Below, piece after piece: positions 63,191 to 64,000 of a stretch of 64,000 nt of DNA. The DNA lies in the NCBI RefSeq assembly GCF_006345805.1, contig NC_043019.1, forward strand, positions 28,581,360 to 28,645,359, read 5' to 3'. The position numbers were made by a program, and so were the translations under genes. Each line of letters begins with the position of its first letter. The first letter of the stretch is position 1. A model generated the notes under the pieces. That model was not told the DNA's origin and made no database searches. It saw only the letters and a program-made list of their open reading frames with translations. This DNA is from Octopus sinensis. Its lineage: Eukaryota.

Positions 63191-64000
63191 ATTTTCACTG
63201 AAAAAAACATAAGCCATTCAAAGTTAATAAACAAAGTTATGTTCTCGGTGACACTTAACATAAAACTGTAAGACAATGATTTTCCTGTGTATGTTAAGTA
63301 TCTGATGTATTTTTACAATGACATGTAAGGTCAGTTCAGAAACTTGCCAGAGACAAGCATTCCAAGTAGAGAGGTGTATCTACTTGAGATAAGTACAACT
63401 AATATGGTATCCTATTGCATTACATGAAAGCCTCAAGTTACAGATTAACAAAACAACTGATGCTCAGTTTAAACATGACAAATGTAATTTTATAACAAAG
63501 TAATAAAATTGCTTGGATATAGTAAAATGATATGTTATTGCTTTGTCAGCTTCTTGTCTTGTCTAATCTAGTTGGAACTTGTAACCACCTCAATGTTGTA
63601 AGATGTGATCCTTGTTTATTACTAATAAGGACTACGGCTTATTAATTCTCCGAAAAACTTGCAAGTTTGTATTTGGCTCACACTGAATAAAATGTAATCA
63701 TGAGAATTAAAAAAAATTTTTTGTTACTATTCAATAGTATATAACGCATCTACTTCAATACACAGTTGAGATAAGGTATCTCAAATATTATTTTAGCAAG
63801 TTTTATGCCATAAAACATTTATCATTTCTATGATGTCCCCTCCTTCCCCTCCTTATTTTGCTTAATGGTTAATCCAGCATTATCCAGAGGGTTTTTTTTT
63901 GTGTATAATACGCACTCCTTCTCTAACTTGAGTCTAGGAGGTCTATATAATGTCCTTGGTTTGTAAAAATGTATATGGTAACGTACTTTATTATTATTGT

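Noticed and set aside
1-64000. CRISPR arrays, rRNA, true tRNA genes, prokaryotic operons
   Set aside because: None seen; all tRNA-like segments are SINE heads, and the tandem repeats lack unique spacers.

Overview
AT-rich, microsatellite-dense eukaryotic DNA. The tRNA-derived SINE families and (AT)n/(TG)n load match what I recall of Octopus genomes; the species call is inference. No intact protein-coding gene or long ORF is present, and nearly all ORF-track entries are SINE or microsatellite artefacts. Contents: about 20 copies of a CORE-like SINE with an internal microsatellite (family A); a second tRNA SINE (B/B2); a (GAT)n-tailed element that can carry a 66-bp minisatellite (C); a decayed full-length mariner; mariner, pogo, hAT and piggyBac-like MITEs; Tc1/pogo remnants; and 5'-truncated LINE pieces resembling RTE, CR1/L2, CRE, HERO and Penelope-like elements. 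A minus-strand spliced transcript is suggested by splice signals at 29741, 10373-10416 and 684, with a CpG-rich promoter-like zone at about 29.5-30.7 kb. Best leads: a gap-free 77-bp-arm hairpin in that transcript's putative intron (29281-29439); a minimal hammerhead-ribozyme-like motif in a short (AT)n-embedded insert (44185-44232); a TSD-bounded RTE insertion whose structured 5' leader is inverted against its 3' end (33850-34378); and two different hAT MITEs stacked at one 8-bp target (7891-8553). Family letters are my own labels. Coordinates were counted by hand and may be off by a few bases; no database searches were run.
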